Assembly: GCA_964346375.1 (NCBI GenBank)
Contig: CAYFUL010000001.1
Span: 1-55,932, forward strand
Direction: 5' to 3'
Source: an uncultured Peptoniphilaceae bacterium
GTDB taxonomy: Bacteria; Bacillota; Clostridia; Tissierellales; Peptoniphilaceae
DNA: 55,932 bases
This document shows, piece by piece, positions 1 to 9,439 of this stretch (positions within the stretch are counted from its first letter, which is position 1; every line of letters begins with the position of its first letter). Below the pieces are notes generated by a model. The model saw only the letters and a program-made list of their open reading frames with translations. It had not been told where the DNA came from and made no database searches. The translations under genes and the position numbers were made by a program.

Positions 1-292
1 CTGCTCCTGTTATCATGTTCTTTACGTAGTCAGCGTGGCCTGGACAGTCTACGTGTGCGTAGTGACGGTTTGGTGTTTCGTATTCTACGTGTGATGTGGA
101 GATTGTTATTCCTCTTTCTCTTTCTTCTGGTGCCTTGTCTATATGTGCGTAGTCTATGAATTCTCCTCCACCGTATCTTTTGTTTAATACTAGTGTTATT
201 GCTGCGGTTAATGTTGTTTTACCGTGGTCTACGTGACCTATTGTTCCTATATTTACGTGGGGTTTATTTCTTTCAAATTTTCCTTTAGCCAT
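1..292 (-). CDS. tuf: Elongation factor Tu, N-terminal part (gene runs off the left window edge)
   Basis: Not in the ORF track because it is edge-truncated. The reverse complement reads ATG at 292-290, then [33 protein letters not shown]...[17 protein letters not shown]1 motif GHVDHGKT and G3 motif DCPGH are present. GGAGG lies 5 nt upstream of the ATG. Confidence 0.95.
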   Translation of the reverse strand, partial: MAKGKFERNKPHVNIGTIGHVDHGKTTLTAAITLVLNKRYGGGEFIDYAHIDKAPEERERGITISTSHVEYETPNRHYAHVDCPGHADYVKNMITGA

Positions 293-322
293 TTCGTCCT
301 CCTATAGCTTTTTATTACCTAA

Positions 323-351
323 ATGATACAATAAATACATTTAAATTTCAA
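323..351 (-). promoter_or_regulatory. Putative sigma-A promoter for tuf (TTGAAA-17 nt-TATCAT)
   Basis: On the minus strand, TTGAAA (351-346), a 17-nt spacer, and TATCAT (328-323). This sits about 30 nt upstream of the tuf ATG and overlaps the patB stop codon. Confidence 0.4.
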
Positions 352-1508
352 CTATTTATAGCTGTAACTAGCCTACTAAGGGATTTTTTCCAATCCTCTG
401 TTGGTATTGCCATATTAAATCTTTCAAAACCTACTCCCTCATCGCCAAATATATATCCCTCGTCTGTAAATAGATTATTATCTACCATCCTCTGTTCCAA
501 ATCTTCTTTAGATAGATTTAAACTCCTTAAATCCACCCATGAAAGATATGTCCCCTCTAGTGGACTTACTGTTATTTCTTTAAAGGGGGATAGAGTTTCT
601 ACAAGGCAGTCATAATTTTTCTTTACTACCTCTATCATTTCATTCTTCCAATTTTCTCCATCTCTATATGCGTAGTATGTTCCTGCAAGTCCAAGGGCAT
701 TTACTCCGCCGTTGTGAAATTTCTCCTGAGTTTTAATAAATTTCTTTCTTAAATCCCTGTCAGGGATAATAATATTTGAAGTACTAAGTCCTGCTAAATT
801 AAATGTCTTTGACGCAGCGGTACACACTATTACTCTTTCATAGTCTGTAATTTTTAAAATACTTGTGTGGGTAAAGCCGGGCATAATTATATCATTCCAT
901 ATTTCATCACATACTATGGTTAAATTATGCCTTTTACAAATCTCCACTATTTTTTCCAGTTCATCTACTTTCCAAACTCTGCCTACTGGATTGTGGGGAG
1001 ATGAAATTATTAATAGCTTGTTCTCTTTTAAAGATGCAAGGTGTTCAAAATTTTCAAAGTCTATGGTATAGTAGCCCTTATTATTTATTAGAGGTGAGTT
1101 TACAATTTTTCGCCCTGTATTTTCTATTGCCATGGAAAATGGATAGTACACTGGCTTAAATATTATTACTCCATCTCCCACTTCAGTAGTTGCTTCTATT
1201 GCGTTATATAGTGCCGTTACAACTCCTGGAGTAGTTACTATTTCCTCTTTTTCTATTTCAACATCGTGCTCAACTCTATTCCACCTTATAACTTCTCCTA
1301 GGTAGTCCTCCCCGGGGATGGTATATCCTAAAATATTTTCCCTTAAATACTTACTTAACCCCTCTACAATTTCTGGAGCAGTTTCAAATTCCATATCTGC
1401 TACGGAAAGGGGAACTATTGATGAATCTACATCCTTTTTTATCTTTCTCATTAGTTGCCATTTTGAAGATATATCTCTTCTATTAACCCTCTTAGTAAAA
1501 TTATACAT
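348..1508 (-). CDS. patB: PLP-dependent C-S lyase / aminotransferase, PatB/MalY type
   Basis: 386-aa ORF with a class I/II aminotransferase layout and the SKTFNLAG PLP-lysine motif typical of PatB/MalY cystathionine beta-lyases. Confidence 0.8.
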   Translation of the reverse strand: MYNFTKRVNRRDISSKWQLMRKIKKDVDSSIVPLSVADMEFETAPEIVEGLSKYLRENILGYTIPGEDYLGEVIRWNRVEHDVEIEKEEIVTTPGVVTALYNAIEATTEVGDGVIIFKPVYYPFSMAIENTGRKIVNSPLINNKGYYTIDFENFEHLASLKENKLLIISSPHNPVGRVWKVDELEKIVEICKRHNLTIVCDEIWNDIIMPGFTHTSILKITDYERVIVCTAASKTFNLAGLSTSNIIIPDRDLRKKFIKTQEKFHNGGVNALGLAGTYYAYRDGENWKNEMIEVVKKNYDCLVETLSPFKEITVSPLEGTYLSWVDLRSLNLSKEDLEQRMVDNNLFTDEGYIFGDEGVGFERFNMAIPTEDWKKSLSRLVTAINS

Positions 1509-2303
1509 TTTTCACTCCATTGTAATTTAAATTAAACTCCTCTGGAATTTTTCCTCCCTTAAATAAATATTTATACACTTCCAAAGTGAGTCTTGGTGCA
1601 ATTTTTAATCCTCTGTAATAATCCTCTAGTAGAATTTTATTTACGCCCTCCGCCTTTTTTCTTAGGGTAGATGTTAAAATTTGACCTATATAGCTTTTCA
1701 TTCCAGCTAATTTAAAAACGCCTAGTAGAAATTTTTCCTTTAGAGGACTTTTATTATTTAATAGTTTCTCCACAAAATAAAATCCATTTATAGAGTCCTT
1801 TACCATATTATAGTCAATATCCTCATAATTTTCATATAGTGCTGTAACCGTTCTCTTTAAATTCTCTCCTGTGGGAATAATTTCCTCCCTATTGTGGTTC
1901 TTTAGGGAAATATTGTCCCTATATATAAAATATCTATCTAGCTCCGTCTCCATTTCCATGTGGGTGTAGTCTGGAGTTTCTATTCTATCCACACTTGGGT
2001 GAATATTTGAGTCCAGTATATAGTGGCAAATACATCCTAAAAAATAGGCGAATACCTCTGAACCCTCTCCATAATTTATTACAGTCTCCTCTACAGTTTT
2101 TATAAAATCTGAACCATACCTATCGTGAATTTCCGTCCCCGGATTATTTTTTCCCAGCATTTTTAAATTAAAGAAGAATAGATCTGGACCTTGGTTTCCA
2201 AAATAATGGTAGTCTGGAAATTTTTCCACTATTTTTTTAGATCACTAACTAAATTTTCTACTAGCTCTCTTCCAAATGAATAATGTGTATACAAACTTGC
2301 CAA
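1501..2303 (-). pseudogene. Zinc-dependent phospholipase C-like family gene, frameshifted in an A7 run
   Basis: The main ORF 1501-2229 (HYFGNQGPDLFFF, HYILDSNIHP) has no proper start. Upstream, GGAGG plus TTG at 2303 opens MASLYTHYSFGRELVENLVSDLKK and stops at TAG 2231-2229, directly after an A7 run (plus-strand T7 at 2232-2238). One extra A would fuse the two frames. Confidence 0.7.
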
Positions 2304-2454
2304 ATTTTCCTCCAAATGTTTTAAAAAAATACATTTCTATATTGACTTAAATCAATAGATATTGTACTATCTAATTGTCCCAATTTGAAATCTATATAGT
2401 TTTCTTACCCTATTATATAGACTTCAAATTTGCGATTTCCAATCATACCTTTAT

Positions 2455-2486
2455 TTAAAAAACAGTAGGCAGCCCTACTGTTTTTT
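2455..2486 (-). terminator. Rho-independent terminator after surE (bidirectional shape)
   Basis: 8-bp stem ACAGTAGG/CCTACTGT (2462-2481) with a 4-nt loop, flanked by an A-run and a T-run. It lies immediately after the surE stop. Confidence 0.8.
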
Positions 2487-3246
2487 ATTCTTTAATATGC
2501 TCTTTTAACTCTCTTATCAATCCACAGTTGGTTAAATCGTAAATCAGTGGCGTTACGCTTACATACCCTTCTTGTAAATAGTACTTGTCAGTTCCAATTT
2601 CGTCTTGAATTTGCCTTTTACCCTTAATTTCAAAGGTAATTGCCTCGGTGGAATTTTCGTCCTTGTTCATAAAGTAGTAGTCCTTAGTTGTACCACCTAT
2701 TTTACAAACCTTAATGCCCTTTACCTGGTCATAGGGAAGCCTTGGAGCATTAATATTTATTACTATATTCTTTCCAATGTAGGCTTCCTTTACCTGGTTA
2801 AAAATCTCTACTGCAAATCTTGAAGCAGTTTCAAAATTTACATCCCCATCCTTCCACTTTGCACTTACTGCAATTGCAGGGTATCCTAGAATACTCGCCT
2901 CTATTGCAGCAGAAACTGTACCGGAATACAGTACGTCTATCCCTGCATTGGCTCCAAAATTACATCCTGAAAATACAAAGTCAAAATCTCCATCAGTTAC
3001 TTCCACCGCAACTCTTACACAGTCTGCTGGAGTACCTAGTACGGAAAATACTGGAGCGTTAATTCCTTCAAGCTTCTGTTTTTTTACAATTATATCATCT
3101 GAAAAAGTAATTGAATGACTTTTTCCAGAGTTTTCATATTCTGGTGCAACAATAGTTAATTCGTGACCCTCTTTTTCAAGTTGGGTAGCTAATTCCCTTA
3201 TACCTGGAGCAAGAAAACCATCGTCATTTGTCAATAATATCTTCAT
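2485..3246 (-). CDS. surE: 5'/3'-nucleotidase SurE
   Basis: The N-terminus MKILLTNDDGFLAPGI is the SurE signature. The ORF is 253 aa. Confidence 0.9.
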   Translation of the reverse strand: MKILLTNDDGFLAPGIRELATQLEKEGHELTIVAPEYENSGKSHSITFSDDIIVKKQKLEGINAPVFSVLGTPADCVRVAVEVTDGDFDFVFSGCNFGANAGIDVLYSGTVSAAIEASILGYPAIAVSAKWKDGDVNFETASRFAVEIFNQVKEAYIGKNIVININAPRLPYDQVKGIKVCKIGGTTKDYYFMNKDENSTEAITFEIKGKRQIQDEIGTDKYYLQEGYVSVTPLIYDLTNCGLIRELKEHIKE

Positions 3247-4040
3247 ACTTCACCTACTTTATATATTCTTGATACTTCTTCCCTTGGTGCAACTTCTAGT
3301 GAATAGTCTATGCCCTCGAAAATATTTAGCTGACCTAAACCATCTCTTACAGATCTTAGAGCTTTTAAAGGGGTGTTATTGTCCTTAGAAAGGTGGGAAA
3401 GTATTACTACCTCATTCTTCTTTTCCAAAACCCTACCTAGTACTTCCACTGCATTGTCATTTGAAAGATGGCCTCTGTTTGAAGCAATCCTCTGTTTTAA
3501 TGACCATGGGTAGGAGCCGTTAAGTAGCATATCCCTATCGTGGTTTGCCTCTATAAAATAAAGGTCCGATCCATTAATATCACTCATCATCTCAGAGTTT
3601 ACATATCCTGTATCAGTTAGTATAGAAACCTTTTTATCTCTACCTGAAATTACAAAGCCACATCCACTTTCACAGTCGTGAAATATGCCAATGGGTTTAA
3701 TATATAGGTCCTTAAAATTAAATCCCCTTCCCAGTTCAAAGGAGTAGGAATTTTCTGGACTAATATTTTTTACCATGGGAGCCATTGCAACAAAGGTCTC
3801 GTGGTTTGAAAAGACCTTTAAATTATACCTTCTACTAAGTATGCCAATGCCCTTTGCATGGTCAATATGCTCATGGGTTACAAAAATTCCATCGAGAGTA
3901 GAGGGGTCTACATCAATTTGTTTTAAAAGATTTTCTATCTTCTTTCCACTTAGTCCTGCATCTATTAATATTCGAGTATTTTCGTATTCTAAAAATTCAC
4001 AATTACCGTCACTGCCACTAGAAAGTGAGCAAAACCTCAT
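3243..4040 (-). CDS. MBL-fold metallo-hydrolase (YycJ/WalJ-like)
   Basis: HEHIDH metallo-beta-lactamase motif in a 265-aa ORF. It overlaps surE by 4 nt. Confidence 0.8.
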   Translation of the reverse strand: MRFCSLSSGSDGNCEFLEYENTRILIDAGLSGKKIENLLKQIDVDPSTLDGIFVTHEHIDHAKGIGILSRRYNLKVFSNHETFVAMAPMVKNISPENSYSFELGRGFNFKDLYIKPIGIFHDCESGCGFVISGRDKKVSILTDTGYVNSEMMSDINGSDLYFIEANHDRDMLLNGSYPWSLKQRIASNRGHLSNDNAVEVLGRVLEKKNEVVILSHLSKDNNTPLKALRSVRDGLGQLNIFEGIDYSLEVAPREEVSRIYKVGEV

Positions 4041-4126
4041 AGTAACCTCCTAATAGTACCAGTAGTATATTCAACCTGTATGTTAAATTTATAAATTAAT
4101 TGTAAAATAACTGATACATTAAATCA

Positions 4127-4591
4127 TTATAGCATATTGGATTTTTTTCTTCTTAAATTTTTAAAAAATCTTGAAATTATATAGGAGGAGAGTTTTTTTT
4201 CTATGCCAAATTCCACAGGGAAGGAATGATTAAATCCATCTACATTTTGTAGAGCAAGGTTTGAACCGGCGCAACCCATTCGAGGATTTTCTGTACCTAT
4301 GTAGAGTTTTTTTATGCGAAAATTTAACATGGCACCCATACACATTGCACATGGTTCTAAATTTACATATACCTCGCATTCCTCAAGGTGGTAAGAATTT
4401 AAATGTTTCGCCGCCTCTGATAGGGCAATAATTTCTCCATGGTAGACTGCGTTTTTAAGTAGCTCTTTTTTATTGTACCCCTCTCCAATAATTTCCCCAT
4501 CTTTTACTACAACACATCCTATTGGAATGTCTCCGTTTTTATAGGCAATTAATGAAAGCTCTAGGGCTCTTTTCATAAAAGTATTTTCCAT
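4127..4591 (-). CDS. tadA: tRNA adenosine(34) deaminase
   Basis: Deaminase zinc motifs HGEIIAL and PCAMC are present. I moved the start to ATG 4591, which sits 7 nt behind GGAG; the track start is a TTG inside that Shine-Dalgarno sequence. Confidence 0.85.
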   Translation of the reverse strand: MENTFMKRALELSLIAYKNGDIPIGCVVVKDGEIIGEGYNKKELLKNAVYHGEIIALSEAAKHLNSYHLEECEVYVNLEPCAMCMGAMLNFRIKKLYIGTENPRMGCAGSNLALQNVDGFNHSFPVEFGIEKKLSSYIISRFFKNLRRKKSNML

Positions 4592-4601
4592 ATTATTCTC
4601 C

Positions 4602-4626
4602 AAAAAAAATCCCGGTTGCCCGGGAT
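4602..4626 (-). terminator. Rho-independent terminator after metQ
   Basis: The minus strand reads ATCCCGG-GCAA-CCGGGAT followed by T8. Confidence 0.8.
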
Positions 4627-4629
4627 ATT

Positions 4630-5505
4630 TTAAAATGCTGGTACTACTGCACCCTTATATTTTTCTTCTATAAATTTCTTTGCTTCTTCAGAAGTTAGAA
4701 TTTCATATACCTTCTTAATCTTCTCTTCGTTTTCTCTGCCTTCTTTAGCTGCAACTACATTTGCATATGGAGATTCCTTATCTTCAATTACAATGGAATC
4801 TGTAATTGGATCAAGTCCTGCAAGAATTGCATAGTTAGAGTTAATAACTGCAGCAGCTGCTTCTTCATAAACTGTCGGAATATTTTGTGCCTCTACTGGT
4901 ACAAATTTAATGTTCTTTGGATTTTCTGTAATATCTGCTTCCGTTGCAAGAGGATCAGTTGGGTCCTTTAATTTAATTACTCCATTTTTTTCAAGAAGTA
5001 GAAGTGATCTTGCTCCATTTGATGGATCGTTTGGAATAATAATTTCATCTCCCTCCTTTAATTCGTCAAGAGATGTAATTTTCTTTGAATAAAGTCCAAT
5101 TGGTTCAATGTGAACATTTCCTACGCTTACAAGTTTTGTACCATGCTCAGAGTTAAATGAGTCTAGGTATGGCTTGTGTTGGAAGTAGTTTACGTCTAAA
5201 TCTCCTGAATCTAATTGAAGGTTTGGTTGAACATAGTCGTCAAAGTTTACAACTTCAAGTTCAATTCCAGCTTCAGCAAATTTTGGCATAAGCTCCTCTA
5301 TAATTTCACCATGAGGTGTTGGAGATACTCCAATTACAACTTTTTCTGCTTCAGTATTTTCTGTTGCAGTATTTCCCTCTGTGGTTTCAGCAGCTTTATT
5401 ATTTGCTCCACTATTTGCTGCAGGCGCATTATTTTTTGCTCCTCCGCCACAAGCTGTTAGTACTAATAGTAAAGATAGCACTAATAATGAAAATTTCTTC
5501 TTCAT
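4630..5505 (-). CDS. metQ: Methionine ABC transporter substrate-binding lipoprotein (MetQ/NlpA family)
   Basis: Signal peptide with lipobox LTAC, followed by NlpA-family sequence. It lies directly downstream of the permease and ATPase genes. Confidence 0.85.
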   Translation of the reverse strand: MKKKFSLLVLSLLLVLTACGGGAKNNAPAANSGANNKAAETTEGNTATENTEAEKVVIGVSPTPHGEIIEELMPKFAEAGIELEVVNFDDYVQPNLQLDSGDLDVNYFQHKPYLDSFNSEHGTKLVSVGNVHIEPIGLYSKKITSLDELKEGDEIIIPNDPSNGARSLLLLEKNGVIKLKDPTDPLATEADITENPKNIKFVPVEAQNIPTVYEEAAAAVINSNYAILAGLDPITDSIVIEDKESPYANVVAAKEGRENEEKIKKVYEILTSEEAKKFIEEKYKGAVVPAF

Positions 5506-5515
5506 TTTTTTCCTC

Positions 5516-6166
5516 CTATTTTTTATTTATATTTACTGAAATTTTATTTCCAATAAATTGCACAAGTTGAACTATTACGATTATGGCAAGTACCGCCACC
5601 CAAAGTATACTACTTTCACGCCTTTGGTAACCATACCTCATCGCCACATCTCCTAGACCTCCTCCTCCAATAGTTCCTGCCATTGCAGAGTAGCCTATTA
5701 AATTTATAATGGTCAGTGTAATTCCATTTATAATTGATGGCATTGCCTCAGGAATTAGTACCTTAAAAACTATTTGGGCATTACTACTACCCATGGATTT
5801 TGCCGCTTCAATTACTCCACGATTTACCTCTGTTAAATATCCTTCAACAAGGCGGGCAAAAAACGGCGCTGCAGAAATTGCTAAGGGTACTATTGCAGCA
5901 TTAGTACCGTATCCCTTACCAACGATTAATTTTGTAAGGGGATATACCACTACCATTAGTATAATAAATGGCAGAGATCTCATAATATTTATAATAAAGT
6001 CCAATACGGAGTAAGTAGTCTTTTTTTCAACTAGCCCTCCCGGTCTTGTAACCGTTAGTATAATTCCAAGAATCATTCCAAAGAATATAGCGATAGCAGA
6101 GGAGATAAATACCATGTAAATAGACTCTAAAATGGCAGGACTTACAATATCAATAACTCTTTCCAT
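5516..6166 (-). CDS. metI: Methionine ABC transporter permease
   Basis: 216-aa polytopic ABC permease located between the metN-like and metQ-like genes. Confidence 0.85.
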   Translation of the reverse strand: MERVIDIVSPAILESIYMVFISSAIAIFFGMILGIILTVTRPGGLVEKKTTYSVLDFIINIMRSLPFIILMVVVYPLTKLIVGKGYGTNAAIVPLAISAAPFFARLVEGYLTEVNRGVIEAAKSMGSSNAQIVFKVLIPEAMPSIINGITLTIINLIGYSAMAGTIGGGGLGDVAMRYGYQRRESSILWVAVLAIIVIVQLVQFIGNKISVNINKK

Positions 6167-7176
6167 TATAGCACCTCCACCCTAACATCTTGTTCTCGCA
6201 AATAATCCATTGCCTTAAAAATTTCAGACTGTTCTCCGTTAATCTCTATAATTAAATATCCCACAGTCTCACGATTTAATTTGTTTACATTTCCCGATAG
6301 AATACTTACGTCCACGTCAAATTTTTTAATACAGCTAGATAAAATTGGAGCGCTATAGTCCTTATCCCCATAGGTTAGTCTAGCAACAACTCCAGAAAAA
6401 TCGTCCTTATTAATATCCTCCTGAACCTTTTCTCCCTTATCCTGTAGAGAATAAATAAAGGAGGCAGTTAATTTCTCCTTAGGGTTTCTGAAAATCTCCT
6501 CAACAGTATTTTCTTCAATAATTTTTCCCCTCTCCATTACAGCAATTCTATCGCAAATTTCCTTTGCAACTTCCATTTGATGGGTAATCATAATTACAGT
6601 CATATTAAATTTTTCAACAATGCTCTTTAAAAGATCAAGGATGGATTTCGTATTGGCAGGGTCAAGAGCGCTAGTACCTTCGTCCGATAGAAGTATCTTA
6701 GGTTTAGTAGCAATAGCACGAGCAATAGCCACCCTTTGTTTTTGTCCACCTGAAAGTTCTCTGGGGTATGAATTTCTCTTGTGCTTTAAGTCAATAAAAT
6801 CAAGTAGCTCTTCAACTCTTGCCTTAATCTCACTATTATCCATCTTCATAATCCTAAGTGGATATGCAATGTTTTCAAAGACATTTTTCTGTTCAAAGAG
6901 ATTAAAGGACTGAAAGATCATTCCAATCTGTTTTCGCTCCTCAAGTAGACCTTTTTTATCAAGACCAAGTACACTTACACCATCAATTAGTACGTCGCCA
7001 CTCTCTGGTTCTTCAAGTCTATTAATACATCTTACCAAGGTGGATTTTCCAGCGCCAGATAGTCCAATAATACCAAATATTTCACCGTCATTAACAGTAA
7101 AGGAAACATCATCAACTGCTCTAAAAAAACTGTCCCCAAGAGGATATTCCTTTACAATATTTTTCACCTCAATCAA
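6166..7176 (-). CDS. metN: Methionine ABC transporter ATP-binding protein
   Basis: Walker A GLSGAGKS, ABC signature LSGGQKQR, and a C-terminal NIL-like extension. TTG start behind GGGGTGA. Confidence 0.85.
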   Translation of the reverse strand: MIEVKNIVKEYPLGDSFFRAVDDVSFTVNDGEIFGIIGLSGAGKSTLVRCINRLEEPESGDVLIDGVSVLGLDKKGLLEERKQIGMIFQSFNLFEQKNVFENIAYPLRIMKMDNSEIKARVEELLDFIDLKHKRNSYPRELSGGQKQRVAIARAIATKPKILLSDEGTSALDPANTKSILDLLKSIVEKFNMTVIMITHQMEVAKEICDRIAVMERGKIIEENTVEEIFRNPKEKLTASFIYSLQDKGEKVQEDINKDDFSGVVARLTYGDKDYSAPILSSCIKKFDVDVSILSGNVNKLNRETVGYLIIEINGEQSEIFKAMDYLREQDVRVEVL

Positions 7177-7847
7177 ATTATCACCCCATACAAATTAGAA
7201 CTATTCTACCACAAACTAATAGATAAAATAAGAGTAAAGAGATATAAATTATGTGAAAATTAAGCCACTGTAAAACAATTTTAAAAAAATGTAAAAAATT
7301 TTTGAAAAAATTTGATTGAAAACGTTTAGGATTAAAAACCACGGGTATAAAAAGAATACCAAAGAAAGAAAAACTTTGGAGACCTTGGCAACTAATCCAA
7401 TTAAAATATTTATCTCGTTTAATGTGTAAAGAAATATTAAACGGTTAACATAGATTCGTTGGAATTTATAAGAGTTTCGTTGGATTATTGTAAGATAAAT
7501 AGTAAAGAAAAAGAAAAAAGTAAGAACGTAGGAAAAGTGTATCAATACTAAATTTTGCATTAGAAAACCACGACAAAAAAAGATTTACGATAATTGATAG
7601 CTTTAAATTAATAAGTATTCGTGAGAAGGAAAAATTAAAATTTAGAGTAAAGAATCTCAAATTTACGCGAAGCCAGGTAGGGCGAATAGAAATATCAAAC
7701 GAAGAAAATTAAATAGACTTAGATTAGTTAAAGATCAAAGGTCAAAGAAAAACTGAATATTTGAAGTAAATAAGAAATTTATTTAAAGAAAGGACAAGAT
7801 AGTGATAGAACCAAAAATGTCACATTGGATTAGTTGTACAGGGTATT

Positions 7848-7890
7848 AAAAAGGAATGGATTTGATTGAAAACAAGTTCATTCCTTTTTT
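7848..7890 (+). terminator. Orphan rho-independent terminator (no annotated gene feeds it on either strand)
   Basis: Stem AAAAAGGAATG (7848-7858) pairs with CATTCCTTTTT (7879-7889), followed by a T-run. It lies upstream of the pncB promoter, not inside its leader. Confidence 0.55.
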
Positions 7891-7897
7891 GCATTTC

Positions 7898-7926
7898 TTG
7901 TTTATTTAAATTATTCAGTATATAAT
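7898..7926 (+). promoter_or_regulatory. Putative sigma-A promoter of pncB (TTGTTT-17 nt-TATAAT)
   Basis: TTGTTT at 7898-7903, a 17-nt spacer, and TATAAT at 7921-7926, about 37 nt before the pncB ATG. Confidence 0.55.
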
Positions 7927-7963
7927 TTTACCAAGGTACTTTTTTAAAGAAGAGAGGATAAAA

Positions 7964-9439
7964 ATGAAAGTGGATTGGAGAGAAGAACATAACTATGCGC
8001 TCCTTGCAGATTTTTATGAATTTGCAATGTCAAATGCATACTTAGTATCTGGAATGGGAGATAGAATAGTTTACTTTGATATGTTCTATAGAACTGCACC
8101 AGACGGAGCAAACTATGCAATAATTGCAGGACTAGAACAATTAATAAGCTACTTTGAAAATTTAAGCTTTAGTCAAGATGATATAGACTTTTTAAGAACC
8201 AAGGGAATATTTGACGAAAGGTTCTTAGAATATCTACTGAACTTTAAATTTGAGTGTGATATATGGGCAATGCCAGAGGGGACAATAGCATTTCCGGGAG
8301 AACCATTAATAATAGTAAGGGGCCCAGCAATACAGGCGCAGTTAATCGAAACAATGGTACTACTTTCAATAAACTATCCCTCAATGATTGCGACAAAGGC
8401 AAATAGAATAGTAACAGCTGCACAGGGAAGGCCAGTAACAGAATTTGGGTCACGAAGAGCACAGGGATATTCAGGAGCAAATTTAGGAGCAAGAGCGTCA
8501 TATATAGGAGGCTGTAATGGAACAGCAAACACCCTTGCGGAAAAAATATTTGGCGTACCAGCTCTAGGTACAATGGCACACTCATGGGTACAGATGTTTC
8601 CAACAGAGTACGAAGCATTTAAAACCTACGCAGAGTGTTATCCAAAAACCTGTTTACTATTAGTAGACACCTATGACACATTAAAATCAGGAGTACCAAA
8701 TGCAATAAAGGTATTTAACGAAGTAGTAGTTCCAACTGGAAATAGACCAGTGGGAATACGAATAGACTCAGGAGATATAGCATATCTTTCAAAGGCTGCA
8801 AGAAAGATGCTAGATGAGGCAGGATTTGAAGATGTAAAGATAATGGCATCAAACTCCCTAGACGAATTTACAATACAAGATCTATTTGCACAGGGAGCAA
8901 AGGTAGATATGTTTGGAGTAGGAGAGAGACTAATAACTTCAAAATCAGACCCAGTATTTGGAGGAGTATATAAATTAACAGGAGTAGAAAGTCCAGAAGG
9001 GGAAGTAATACCAACAATAAAGATCTCAGAAAATGTAACGAAAATAACTACGCCAGGATTTAAAAATATATACAGGTTAATGGACAACAAGTCTAAAAAA
9101 GCAATAGCCGATGTAATAACATTACATGACGAAAAAATAGACCACAGTAAAGAGTATGAAATATTCCATCCAACATATACATGGAAGAGAAAAACACTAA
9201 ATAATTTTACAGCAGTGCCATTACTAGAGAGAATATATGAAAAGGGTAAGCTGGTATATGAACTACCAAAACTAGACAGCATAAAACAGAGAGTACAAGA
9301 TCAGCTAGATTCCCTATGGGAGGAGAATAAGAGAATAAGCAGGCCACAGGAATATATTGTGGATTTATCCTATGACCTATGGAAAATAAAAGATGATCTA
9401 CTTTCGAAACATGGAAAACATTTAAAGAAAGGTGATTAG
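7964..9439 (+). CDS. pncB: Nicotinate phosphoribosyltransferase
   Basis: 491-aa ORF with a typical NAPRTase N-terminus (LLADFYEFAMSNAY), FGSRRAQG and GTMAHSWV motifs. Confidence 0.9.
   Translation: MKVDWREEHNYALLADFYEFAMSNAYLVSGMGDRIVYFDMFYRTAPDGANYAIIAGLEQLISYFENLSFSQDDIDFLRTKGIFDERFLEYLLNFKFECDIWAMPEGTIAFPGEPLIIVRGPAIQAQLIETMVLLSINYPSMIATKANRIVTAAQGRPVTEFGSRRAQGYSGANLGARASYIGGCNGTANTLAEKIFGVPALGTMAHSWVQMFPTEYEAFKTYAECYPKTCLLLVDTYDTLKSGVPNAIKVFNEVVVPTGNRPVGIRIDSGDIAYLSKAARKMLDEAGFEDVKIMASNSLDEFTIQDLFAQGAKVDMFGVGERLITSKSDPVFGGVYKLTGVESPEGEVIPTIKISENVTKITTPGFKNIYRLMDNKSKKAIADVITLHDEKIDHSKEYEIFHPTYTWKRKTLNNFTAVPLLERIYEKGKLVYELPKLDSIKQRVQDQLDSLWEENKRISRPQEYIVDLSYDLWKIKDDLLSKHGKHLKKGD

Noticed and set aside
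2232-2238. Programmed ribosomal frameshifting at the A7 and T7 runs (2232-2238 and 17918-17924).
   Set aside because: There is no downstream stimulatory structure or known recoding context. A sequencing error or pseudogenisation is the simpler reading, so I reported these as frameshifts to verify.
7309-7324. A CcpA cre-like site TGAAAACGTTTAGG.
   Set aside because: It matches only the left half and centre of the cre consensus, and the right arm is wrong. It is also part of the 13-mer direct repeat.
7177-7330. An S-box (SAM-I) or T-box leader upstream of metNIQ, as is common in Clostridia.
   Set aside because: I read the minus strand and found no GGCAACC-type S-box core, no GGGTGGTACC-like T-box sequence and no leader terminator. 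A promoter-like element sits only about 45 nt from the metN start.
7249-7660. Track ORFs 7249-7560 and 7466-7660 (minus strand, 103 and 64 aa).
   Set aside because: They are Phe/Leu/Ile-rich low-complexity translations of the T-rich complement of the A-rich block. Neither has a Shine-Dalgarno sequence, and they overlap each other out of frame.
7800-7846. A 15-codon ORF (GTG ... MIEPKMSHWISCTGY) just before the orphan terminator, as a possible peptide gene.
   Set aside because: It has only a weak GAAAGGA Shine-Dalgarno-like match and a GTG start. The length is compatible with chance, and I recognise no peptide family.
8244-9282. Long antisense ORFs inside pncB. Similar cases occur at 11723-12182, 24123-24584, 42227-42778 and 49273-50412.
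   Set aside because: They are shadow ORFs opposite well-supported genes, with compositionally biased translations and no independent signals.
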